Part shown: piece by piece, positions 62,801 to 64,000 of the stretch
Position numbering within the stretch: position 1 is the first letter of the stretch
Layout: each line of letters starts with the position of its first letter
DNA from: Promethearchaeota archaeon
Lineage (GTDB): Archaea > Asgardarchaeota > Lokiarchaeia > Sigyniarchaeales > SOKP01
Reading direction: 5' to 3'
Assembly: GCA_019057795.1 (NCBI GenBank)
Contig: JAHLWS010000077.1
Coordinates: forward strand, 32,001-96,000
DNA length: 64,000 nt
Translations under genes and position numbers: made by a program
Notes under the pieces: model-generated
The model's input: the letters and a program-made list of their open reading frames with translations, nothing else
Databases searched by the model: none
What the model was told of the DNA's origin: nothing

Positions 62801-64000
62801 TTCGTTTACAGCAATAGATTATTGTCGAAATCCCGACATGAGCATAAATAACAAACTCATTGGCTATGGTTCAGAGCTATTTGATAATTTTGAAATTTAT
62901 AAGGATGAAAGCTCCATTATCTATGTAGCGGACATAGATATGGACGGCGAACCAGATTATAAGCATACGATTGATTTAAATGGTGATGGGATAATTGACA
63001 TTATTAAATATGGAATCAACGACCCAGAAAATCCTGAAGAAATTTATTGGTACACTATCATTCAAGATATCCATAACGAACAAGTTAAAATAGACCAACA
63101 CCTTGACGATGTGAAAAGAACAGAATGGTTTGATATTGATGATCGCACATTCGCCCAGTTTGATTTTAATGTGTTTGAGCTGATGGTATGTTTATTTACA
63201 ATGCCAACATTACTTTATTATGCTGCGAGGATGGTTCTCCCCGATGTGGACTACTGGGCTCAAAAATCAACCCAACAAGCCATTAATAAAGAGGAGCATG
63301 TTAGCTCTAACTTTTACAGCGTAAAAGTTGACGATAATCGAGATGGTATTCCAGATTCTCAAATTAATTACGAGAGGATCAGTGTCAGTATATATTATGA
63401 AGTAACTGAATATAGGAAAACTATTCTTGCCGCAAAACAACAAAATATAATTAGATATTTAAGCGAATATATCACAAAAAGCTTTAATTCATTATTTGGA
63501 GGTCCTACAGATGATGGCATATTTAATAAACATTTAACTGAAGATGTACTTGATTCTCAGGATTTTACCAGTTGTAATTTATATACTCGATTTAATGCTC
63601 CAACATTGCGGGCAACATATAGAAAATTCACACAAAACATCACTACAGCATATACAGATACTTTTGAGCAGGTAACAATCACAATTACAGATTTTGATGA
63701 TGAAGGAGAGATTGAAGAGCAAAGATTTTATAAAGATGATTTTAAGACAGGAGAGGTTGATAATGTAGAGGATTATTTCTCAGATTTATCAGCGGAGCAT
63801 TCCATCACCAATGTTGATACAGGGCAAGAAACCATGGTTTCTTTTGATCCCGAACTTCCATTTTCGCACCCTGTAAATATTAGTTGGGATACAAAAACAT
63901 GGGGACCTGATAATGTTCCTATTAAATATGATTCTTTGCAAGTTATTGGAGAAGATTATTCTTACAGTACAAATGCATTTGAAACAACCATCATTATCAG
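35832..64000 (+). CDS. giant (>9,300 aa, 3'-truncated) membrane-anchored surface protein with LamG, Ig-like, FG-GAP/DxDxDG and phage-tail-like modules
   Basis: Frame +3 is open after TAA 35766-35768 (first TTG 35832, first ATG 36141). Spot translations at 36, 38, 42, 45, 50, 57 and 63-64 kb are all in the same frame, and the track shows no terminated long + ORF there. About 5 N-terminal TM segments; SAWIKP and FTGKIDNV LamG motifs; DSAGN/DNTPP Ig-like motifs; many N-x-S/T sequons. Confidence 0.9.
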   Translation, partial: MDKFYFGNYEDPFSLKPKSNNKNHLTLKVVDINSNTSQLNEKKQKLDKNSNKKLRFEKGKKTLLILIKCCLVFCCIGFLVYILTLSYSSNTVVSNNNSGIFIFMIFAFASLSLSLFLNSNKRKKGSALWIFLFLILGASIYNYWLFYPLQILLIPITIILIYTLLYTRKNNRNNRKLRPVSLIAIFLIGLPLFLSIPSLIGINTPDYQFGKINPGDRIEIESSIDPAKLQYYSNFDEFELTINDLFVTRCAISPKFGAASTVQVRLIPQDVSDVEGYYVRDHYDVGSDYIVGPKSNFSMYTNIPLNTLDLLPGSYKAQIAYSELTVGGFKTSEPQEYTISLEKDNLKAVPYEDFGLEVEYGSVYTIKQNNSWNIVFSGKIVNSLHEAVPVQNLSLYIEEYDKFVKVAMVNTDENAHFYYNHTIYGSMETNLLVKVESNAEHARYKKLEHIEYAGIEYKTDKFYFTPDGDDADSFPDWPFSLYDLLFALQSAELHEMPHQWDDFELGMNDETLSTGDLEYDDGNENHIYAYGEFQASLWAIVTWKPSGTVESMDYLHYAYRMDAQYQNFYIYNWNTSAYEDITAFPNSGSVTLTPEYYDEDYYVKVRFFASTGGIPVLSSSNPHTASPGGVEADLWIDQLRIDYTGDPTPPPPPEPLAFCAEFDDGSGIYTYDSVNNFEGILHGNALWTNGMYGTYCLSFDGDGTVYVPEVIGTTIYTTYADVSYKEKSGLVKSVEHVELILTGTSNSYQLTKFQNIDNCIPFVTMKQDVGDDWDNIPCDVYFTNTGTPTVHAERAGSLNSVTLSIYIVEFDETRVNVQSGSFSSSGTTSDPTINEVDLSKAVPLAYYKVDGGDDDWDGAMVSTDFLDSTTIHMERDQSSGTMSGHYYVFETQGSGFSVQKAELSMSTSDGYDTATINSIDMSKSFIVSSYEAAVMNDDSEDAAVDVWLNSPTEVRAERHSESYYSGAIPTINVFVVTFSGNESVQRGDFTWGASDDYKETDITEVDLYSAMIKSNIYGIIQCDGTQGNDVKPSFVKHEFIDNNTIRLERYTNGEDGIGHWEVVQWELVQYYNGIVRPNNDNLAQWEASEANSHYELLNDNVIDPAAPYINESYIYTSSFNNESVSDILEMDTITIGSDRIVSQILLKVYGKEINIASTIDVYIGGQWLGAKNLDMNTNPGWHTYIWSSLNVSQSDLDSMQIKFESEQPELADPIYENYDYVAWGDILDNPLGTSSNEFVISAWIKPTIFSSKQSENGIKNVFISKNGNLEIGIDENGFVELYIKTSDIETSASYGVHYAVKLNQFNYISILYNQSNVDVLINDFWYTSAIGANPEPWNASGNIASGGNFAIGLETISFSSCFTGKIDNVTVFRGALSHEEIEAYRNLLEISCTVLKDDEQNGWTPVNSSEVLAGYINFQCNKTAGIQNEIKALEFYLSTYEPAFFEDPVPDDWSLIKTITYDSISNSYVIHSRDLPDEEEFYFIVRAVYKNDIENVTFDCFSTPFSISHFINGSLSFTYTARGNRINQNSQIGVILNDGFEWWHINYLDVYVNYSENIEFLTSVNITELYYNHQFIDLDILESWIENRGLSNRETNINFLIAANYTFGPEFPTYAYNYTLDQVILDTKGPDITIGSPNPFGTTYNDPDNHILTANITFTDEHFTSVSLDYMYDTHEVGSEIWRNIGTFVGEGPSLLVNFSILNMRDNKIIFRFSCLDDLANSLVLSDSGLWIVKDMNNHGNFIVEGLDNELYGLDGDDTIDLSLKVIPVDNDIDKVVLSTLYETFELTYVYYNKDFIYFEDVGSEDIRLNASFYDVIGTEFSYITIDIKLYQGATLIAYDEKVITATDTIFEDTVEISNIEIDTEIETHNIWMSFANGTNAYNNTHGIPFVLNNNFPVVKLYDSNNILTATIPLQPWCDNYATEVYDAVSIEIVDNHFIITLPNPATGEVCSIKEVWVNFTQYEFSYLINSDGDLFVQLLTEEDIDGIYASSGPIEVKYGVSTALRNTRQFYTTFDFTTIPQDEYVVLGEFCDISGSISSFTMNDTIPIDFEGPYAFKQFENGVSVNPDTGSISFIITDYSNIADYYFNVSFTEGYWVLDGTLYTFYFNSDSVPEGITFLKLTCKDSLGYNSSVDFNIVFDKTAPNIVQLYKDNDISNHLFLINVSISDISDYTIYLKCVNCYSSVVYDDMEYTALEIEDNMWQIVFDTSQLPNGYYDVYICGTDSAGNYAEKLIDPYFDNTPPQIVSITDKIFAEGENIYNNTIANTIFFNDQKYISLTAVDETESGFDWASVSQELGYQMGVQSVVMYYTEPLAWHNLSIAGTFNYDILSYEIIGYDQSSDKSRIKNIQAIKIAGHLVDKFSILMSGTSLILKIDEQYRFLLSSENTDEITALFYEYTDKNGIPLEFDNINKEWDLLSSGTNYFNVSEFLSLSEGEEFLFWFSLKDNLPNEFISHVFKGIYDRAIIRNSNNSLFSWHLGTNSTGAGVLIFGSDTYEDSTIQIDTSSIALDVWNEEDITRVYFYGSEDETTWQIIGRAYYSSKETLWSYYWNGELLKSQGQLPPKNYFIKSILFDKAGNYIIENSKIHIYDYIEFNLITNLVFGEILEFDENLLENIHDITGTIENFIGDVNLWDVIAQYYDPLANEWIPLNINPAVIATQGTYTITWDINADYMFMESMYDFNYTYLPMHVTPKTDADLWGSWGIFTENGTWQPIIVSQVGSLLDITIYQFNETLGWLVDYSISTEATIGTLEGQVFKLTDIDGNGISEIIRISPSQLDVLYLKESSIWVIKENIIARTGFEYFSFDFSFNSFGDCTMIIHQQDTSGNSYLSKYIFDSEFNLEFIKEVGAPLNFDITSIKIINQFSSDSRKAILIGGLMENSYSSQLLEYDFDLNFKNIVLESILGKISVIDYGELDGVDMIMLGIDRITIGRMDAVIALNQIAGTETWNEFELTGFDDVKFKVYDMLIISENNIKKLLLASETGVYETTFEYKEDLSTITSPICFIHEIFARDELSSGTPTIELVHQPIYSIEKIFYKSANKWIELDIDEVLVRHSRRDVELDLTSVWSGLSYLKIAYAFESFVAEETSMVDPSFDWKEGTSNTQSISAFGKFFDASTLPLMWLNPTSTYINPNWNSLPNAMTYRYSPVISKLGTSTMYPAISNTWGPEYNIPELENSLIHYDGTYDSGILVEDLSGQEFTRDDLADDEFYGQFENNYIDGVWISNPVQSTNYNFTEMYNDIIYSTNGIYNEYLSTQMVLVKNRINSYYVDASYTQSGISSTGSLPSGSIYKYLSQASTKDVEYALSSWDEYLSIYMNNEDTYSLELTCELPVVDRNGIDSIQIALDGSIVSSDFSKNYPLSIQMFNFNYNSGQGRWESIPMGNVYYSSGKYYYDISSSSFPFKERNVFDYDFWTWEDSTLVDAFRPNWGTTASNDMSTINFGDCFPSVVDASGNAWFDTTVFNPIYGSNFMIPSHTDNYVRNTLWSDDYRVLYYDDSHISNSNKFQFTNLEVDPSDFCTTSTPFPAPTSSTVFSPANFYNDFVSENSEFKVRIITQKEAGQAGSAYLCIGDLKTYVHTDSNYLNYKNFEYEGIHHVSDNIDVTISGVELGGKSGFKEVDTKYLEDKYNEPHDVYKASFTFDYDVKDQGGKFYFSLNDHVTYCVNDDNSQLYFPGYGNEFIFYYNCSTGWWEAYLNPQDFSTPIWNYQEGVTQVEIAPQVTSECAGSQKLIVSSMESQFLKRIRDKYDFADYKTLVANDKTGQYVDLLDMDFEEAFMTPENTFAQVSSDIDLYYSFNDEMVQENLENGLWSMTIDPTFEYDRMDDDYDTPYTYYEEGFIPNGYQSLDFTYITDVNREEVRRWDLRSGDALSDMHDDDGNTYRVTRHGNKNWIYLDPNTRNHVNVMDFYQIYMSNYHVDSTSGFESSNWYKLIDGYEAYIRAYGSIPSMAGYDTWHLLRQGIRIPCPNFNPSDPVDSISGRISARSWCLPGTNFAGGIDIISKYGQNVNLRNLYWSMVEPINYDFQLYGPNLNDFIHFDGNQYYIELQVWDAAYSEYDGSYYWNINLNLFTDQVYVDVMWGMGSTSTFEVDAVDDTINNDFMLFFQGEYYDPEPPYRTSELYINNQVEISNLGSKTIHKLVDASVLGNMYIPIAQPLSDDDNYIDIDYLFLYRMNQQTTIPIANKDGIILPSTLSNTYNDTITHPFVKYDPFLGNNTVRFTLGRSVLTHIFGRGSSTQIYANATLDDVRLLFNLFPPDESYVNFPTTHQYVEGFDNNKHNPEDLRDYDNYAISRFKNSALDDIQIPLVSPIILDFSDDTSDFENDFSLELALDLDIALNNRLVNSNWSLRFRLLYYNYVSGKWKDINSLLWAESEGQAEPVWDPDWSDNHIVYLKNASAELSNRLIPIQDNSDITILNPICFDTLNSDMISQGKMKLAFISYIMPGNLSVDTQGYFSYERFDPMVPINISQTVTVLDASISSYLDRSLNLENYLTKSLVLDNSKANMSAVENIGEILAVRGIFEDENGIIYEYLIDDYTIENDELVINSPMADIFCNVSIEYVPEVELEYRHNRWYLPDSLHIDSINFTQPFFVSNLKDDNKFYGTYVYKDTGVGYVLMYDITGQYAGVYVDFDDPAQVTGTPRGAVRYGKFNDISLTEFSLTDELLYQYDVLSSPSNWTGGTLNLQISAGFNDVLYSELSQVWCDSYNIVIELYKLDSNNLLTKIGTITEDLDTFLLGFHVYDLEIDLLEDILFEQNGQQLFGEAVAMNLGNDLYMTIKTSIENTTVDGYLFEGFYAQEIHSATLKIDASDSGLRVNGNLIDKTYMEIVQNHTMLTKTENGLYEFDSLKYDFKVEIKNLYVEGVKLQEFADYEFDQENSQLLLIANYSDYSGLLFADISYRAFEWKKGMVSALEPVRVSFDHEYMEKITKYLEIELGYSSTGFPGYEVEVIDEATGKVLLASEEKGAEMLNIYMYNYMKGKWEKIQFVAYDDYRESNSISYVADRNYLTFENFFNRTVAGTFEMQFLPTIEASIGKCFLSTIGFDINSINAKIYYSSPQMGFFANPQIEFDVDITQYIKNKNICIDEITLDLSFAGEVLLDTAFIYSDYAIIEEVFNIYLRNEYLEFEEYQLNEDGSIIILRGDLNRLLYYDIANDKYYIRVMLEYDWTCHLDLSLGGNSMLDIVATLNLIKYDLTVTYTIHKTTRISAQKIDIPYELVPILAPNYMQDNETITILDDDEQLDIGVFGGFLRNVDTRQRLMLRQQLIYNFTEAQEGWSQIILDQEYTDLIMRFISPVGYLNTPIEYLTDNTYFAFVADHEVVSVELYWKNGSLYEKIGDMIPNDEYPTLFEYTWYDISENTEALTNDIVGIMFKLTDIFNNTNQYDYNLTADFTPPQPSISVGDGSESFESMNADPLTSIEFINNEQVGNFIEYYRIIDLISGQASEWINFNSSEIFILNDLIDTPTNFSIEYKIIDAAGNENSTLLYNNGYEFMLFSRKISIYLTDNTIDLNSDSIYEREIIFEDNNQFNGEDLDIYINGFKYGTAVSNGTHYIISFGTENNESSLMAYSDSLMSENIYSNTNPLNHVSWKITEDNLFGVSKHVLVNGDIVIINPLTYNATATLELAHLYDGSFALPNFMRLQQVYYYNASNNDICYLIYGKDYIITDASGTIVFPEGSLVHDLFENHTSEVLRGLIYFEYAASKVCDLLSLSNADGLFVNFIMPAVFYDHTTIEKLTVRVQDFLGNSFVKVFYDLDLRKYFLEGEKDKYETDIYGLGKMMVIPLYIDFNELSFSNPGVTFDLSLLETISFEVSDSKRWPGSFMQEYEEFSVLNLPYQRIAITDLSLYNLICDSVEEDEDNYVASSFKVIAPNYYNYYAQDEFKIKRLDIAFTNVMAFANNSQITQGSEVDVEYSDYIELNYLFNNTILPVLLNDIITLPITLNNATGSNEILAFSIANWITKSDIDSLSGYTNYYYSKFQVPPVLGEYYSTFGSTGTPIFNIAFVNPPIFTLNITQESLYEPEPIYLSKNSYELEYGNSLLLEGCIKDNDEYLIEDEIYLYEYQEAMDGETVHVLKIIAPVDDANFISKEEFAIYYVNRELKKLPLFSTLNNKFFKNDTILKNNTNPEITYVNNKYLLTIYWNTTINEFIDYDTHLLITYKAVRGRPISPASYSTVDSYGNNIYSNLIEIPFARYNMITRSWEFEDDFTEQFIVDKNLLYEDVEGTSATLQGIQYDDGQVIQTGVISLEGIYVNWSGSNTFELLNESRYSWDINQNGELHITGLPYNSSGDVFRILYYGINPTPIIHSLINPVSSIYSIKVINNTGFEYEFEVGTDYVISEDGYAIYFKDLYNTILKSGNFSIYSRFLISYHSTHSRKIDLSRNLLLMLQDSSGHDIPVDNIPVDNLGFFKYQQSLKENSPLSIPVGGGERIVHMSLAYLPISVYNISSGGFVNLSYEVENGNKIYSHKEGNWVKFFSIITNPKKVKLEMVEDPSQNIVITQKFYEEREYQYNYNPLETLEKGEEYTKVMIDALVKDDYEFTFKLTTFEDKPIKDSIVWMHLGFMPKSKTKFLNERALINDLDLHPYFESFGTEEITSIGPGVGPQKMFGKPLTYEIKNYTSEQNAYGPYAWVYGITDALGEVTFNVSFDQDFREDFARCFGSREGITSVEDNVLYLRAFSTYFESWEDMAINNPEQYICSRDGDIFDGSTIIENYNFTGMITQDSTYVEGPVRVHKKDTALAIADSISYDLPDPDLQENRYDDLRLHLYVTEAHPIPNAKGSFSIEDLTRQYTMRELEATAKSILEDENNYEAHIKIYDPSGNYIITFKPPIIETPDGGGYISIDNESLVDTLLKCGPGLSSLVIYIPESEYYKNSPVVTIPIEIRPPNWLKFGEKNTKIPLIDPFVSAWGSAYNNEKEMTFESNYPFLTGTVWVEPFYNSTGAESSVQDYIDINLDCTIYNGDGTTSTFPLQNNIMLRPGNRDGILTFSIGLGPESAFLMGLQCDLNLSFNIDFNKDQIFEEKRNVEIVLLDLRLESNPSSNTPNTIWSIYDNEFISSDITVDIIDDTITKHDDTILNLGGVKNGQIYGQEIAFLFSDDTLEYGLDADSELLSLLALTGIEALKVVGIKDGDEYEFEQGTEWTIPYYSSGFLYNNSIIRFTGASIPDSGTEFSITYQLTFTFAQNKYYGNITLGYTNSYNESSIELQLPDGFLPESDESYSPMFTRFTDNFTGTGSQTQFKLNYGLSGVTQWNDNYFIIYNEQELNNTFGQFAKGVSQEHPTLTFSQAPLNNSKIIITYGIKSQYILSYGFQKVDKSFSDSIRLMDTDDTSPKIIDESNSEMSALTFENSSLYISLDNSDEKTILKLINVPLLYSPELNITFTFDHLILDLLDSYGNDFNNLAIEFKYITNDGYYEFYSDPLIIPLNYSEISSNIIDNTYAISYNKDLQAIYDVVGADSVDIEIIIHQSGKSNNYIPYLILNQYDYLSDTHLVETYDRMPLNEYCNLDINSVITTPHYFQIFSRPFVDGAYGDSPFNLFDGSQVTVALTDLPNSTLVSLDRNGDNYNFNYLGTSNTLSVSEDNFYMIPNLGMFIDTYNIDEMLYQDGYLDLYYGSGTEIDGEKQYNNNIFMDYAGVPVEDYTSSILNNAPTSWNNTYDFTNKFLTTDAITAEGRVFYHQIFDLDADLNSSSVINNIFPNYANDIYFGLQLTSNFDIDEIRAVGKPYFYSLSVQGFPTGKYKENYCSIHTTSSGDFEPTPTLYTLNIDEDYTLDYDENGTAYVLFFRPVSDLSSYTDSQNKIMIDYWVNHQFINNYDYYIKENPEDPYTSQIEWDYSYIDYDTFHLHPDFTGETYFTVDYLALEWEIFDDEYIKDGDDSFDFQPREFYNVSVLYTGDTSTDEFSVQYIVPEGQYLEDHIIFPTIYALAQIGDDEETMKVIKIYNSLMDNYISQNAPDSYDYTVNFAEIETYINTYYPSYQLVENSFMYITAEYDSILLRYPMGHTPFNYDYLGPDHYAYHIALYINGEFIAYSNETVFNDYVLKVEDNYIYFNNKSQGQPGYIAPNSEIQLIYKFKVQPGLLDRKHFLIVTYPWTNVFDTPYNPIVPDDQITYREKYRKLSGGSIISPFEYSLSIENRYSLYLSYRLNEREYYEEKFEISSEYYKSSKDGYVYNFITQQLDNYVDVLELDGENSINVYYFDTLGNMKFLDPSQYVVNIALREIIIKNDGNLLVKSNKISEFYISFIPKSNDKEFAAYRFSYDPTETITLTMDMTYWDIIGLEGLDVIPNLDAYYFLNEHESTIGNTVCHASQVAAYLSEGYELEFNIIGELGGFDQELNNGIHNGEYLAFYIDTNIKNIESLEYLTIEVHNNSGKMSKFSKNMTREELEMADFTIKIDLPTESNTLQKIRFIPHFREDNEYSIDNTQGISRMQTIQWATEQVIVLEDGQEYMPITLDHDLKTELNGFELAYVYNDKLQYLTFPEGFALSYNYDEITESYRFLIPTVYTNPDTHEIVEFKEEQLLLIRYNSPVKRGIAIGIGKMYFEHKGYNYDAHLDIPKAELLLVNADSEKACSEFTSDYYYQIPIELTPFETELNNRYKAIKIDLNLTSLYELTSSTILNFSHIIFSVPDPSYELTVNEVLILEKSYETTIEYGSMDSRVWQYTEIEMFTSSASPEEDSYQLTLENTPLFHPDSEWLDYLNIYDEDGNYYTAGINGNDHQLHYEPSTNIFTWNNEFNQFPEYFGMEFQEPLIIEPNKTLFFEYTTNTSWTEPVRIKVENLDLESIRVIYDYNYLLKPEFYDWYSQEFSMEHSYENIAYSFKEEAEYKVIQYYYEFFTVYTNTSEYTHTFDIGDLSFEEDFVNLSTYKVIGLTPTFETEILTDNTEYSIEFNKPSKEIIINDLDTSDGYYLNKFDQITVIINFSYAPISSFTEIFLLDTFNQTYLSDPEDTFYNYIDLDYRYLAISGATLFAEGSDVITSDTTSFTAIDYCRNPDMSINNKLIGYGSELFDNFEIYKDESSIIYVADIDMDGEPDYKHTIDLNGDGIIDIIKYGINDPENPEEIYWYTIIQDIHNEQVKIDQHLDDVKRTEWFDIDDRTFAQFDFNVFELMVCLFTMPTLLYYAARMVLPDVDYWAQKSTQQAINKEEHVSSNFYSVKVDDNRDGIPDSQINYERISVSIYYEVTEYRKTILAAKQQNIIRYLSEYITKSFNSLFGGPTDDGIFNKHLTEDVLDSQDFTSCNLYTRFNAPTLRATYRKFTQNITTAYTDTFEQVTITITDFDDEGEIEEQRFYKDDFKTGEVDNVEDYFSDLSAEHSITNVDTGQETMVSFDPELPFSHPVNISWDTKTWGPDNVPIKYDSLQVIGEDYSYSTNAFETTIII

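Noticed and set aside
1-64000. rRNA, tRNA, integrase or transposase
   Set aside because: None recognised by eye; a tRNAscan/Infernal run would be needed to exclude small RNAs.

Overview
AT-rich archaeal DNA, most likely from an Asgard (Lokiarchaeia-like) genome; this is inferred from the protein families and GAGGTGA ribosome-binding motifs. There are three blocks. (1) 1-14.3 kb is a defence-type island: a DUF499 ATPase (5'-truncated), two CARF-wHTH genes, a PIN nuclease, a DNA2/NAM7-type SF1 helicase, a tandem-HKD PLD nuclease, an RNase III-like gene and a PD-(D/E)xK gene. (2) 14.5-33.2 kb is the main finding: an apparent archaeal UFMylation operon. It encodes a UBA5-like E1, a UFC1-like E2, a UFM1-like modifier ending in Val-Gly, a JAB/MPN isopeptidase, a stand-alone CDC48-N-like protein, an SPFH protein and an ESCRT-II (Vps22/36)-like wHTH protein. 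These core genes are interleaved with eight genes and one remnant that pair variable domains (LRR, TPR, others) with a winged-helix (PCI-like) domain and an 'ID.L...[YF]..W' helix. That helix resembles the E1's own C-terminal helix, suggesting an interchangeable repertoire of E3-like adaptors. (3) 35.8 kb to the end is a single uninterrupted + strand reading frame of more than 28 kb (over 9,300 codons). It is absent from the ORF track because it has no stop in the window, and it encodes a giant membrane-anchored surface protein. No rRNA, tRNA, CRISPR array or transposase was recognised. Family calls come from motif recognition and remembered reference sequences, not from database searches.
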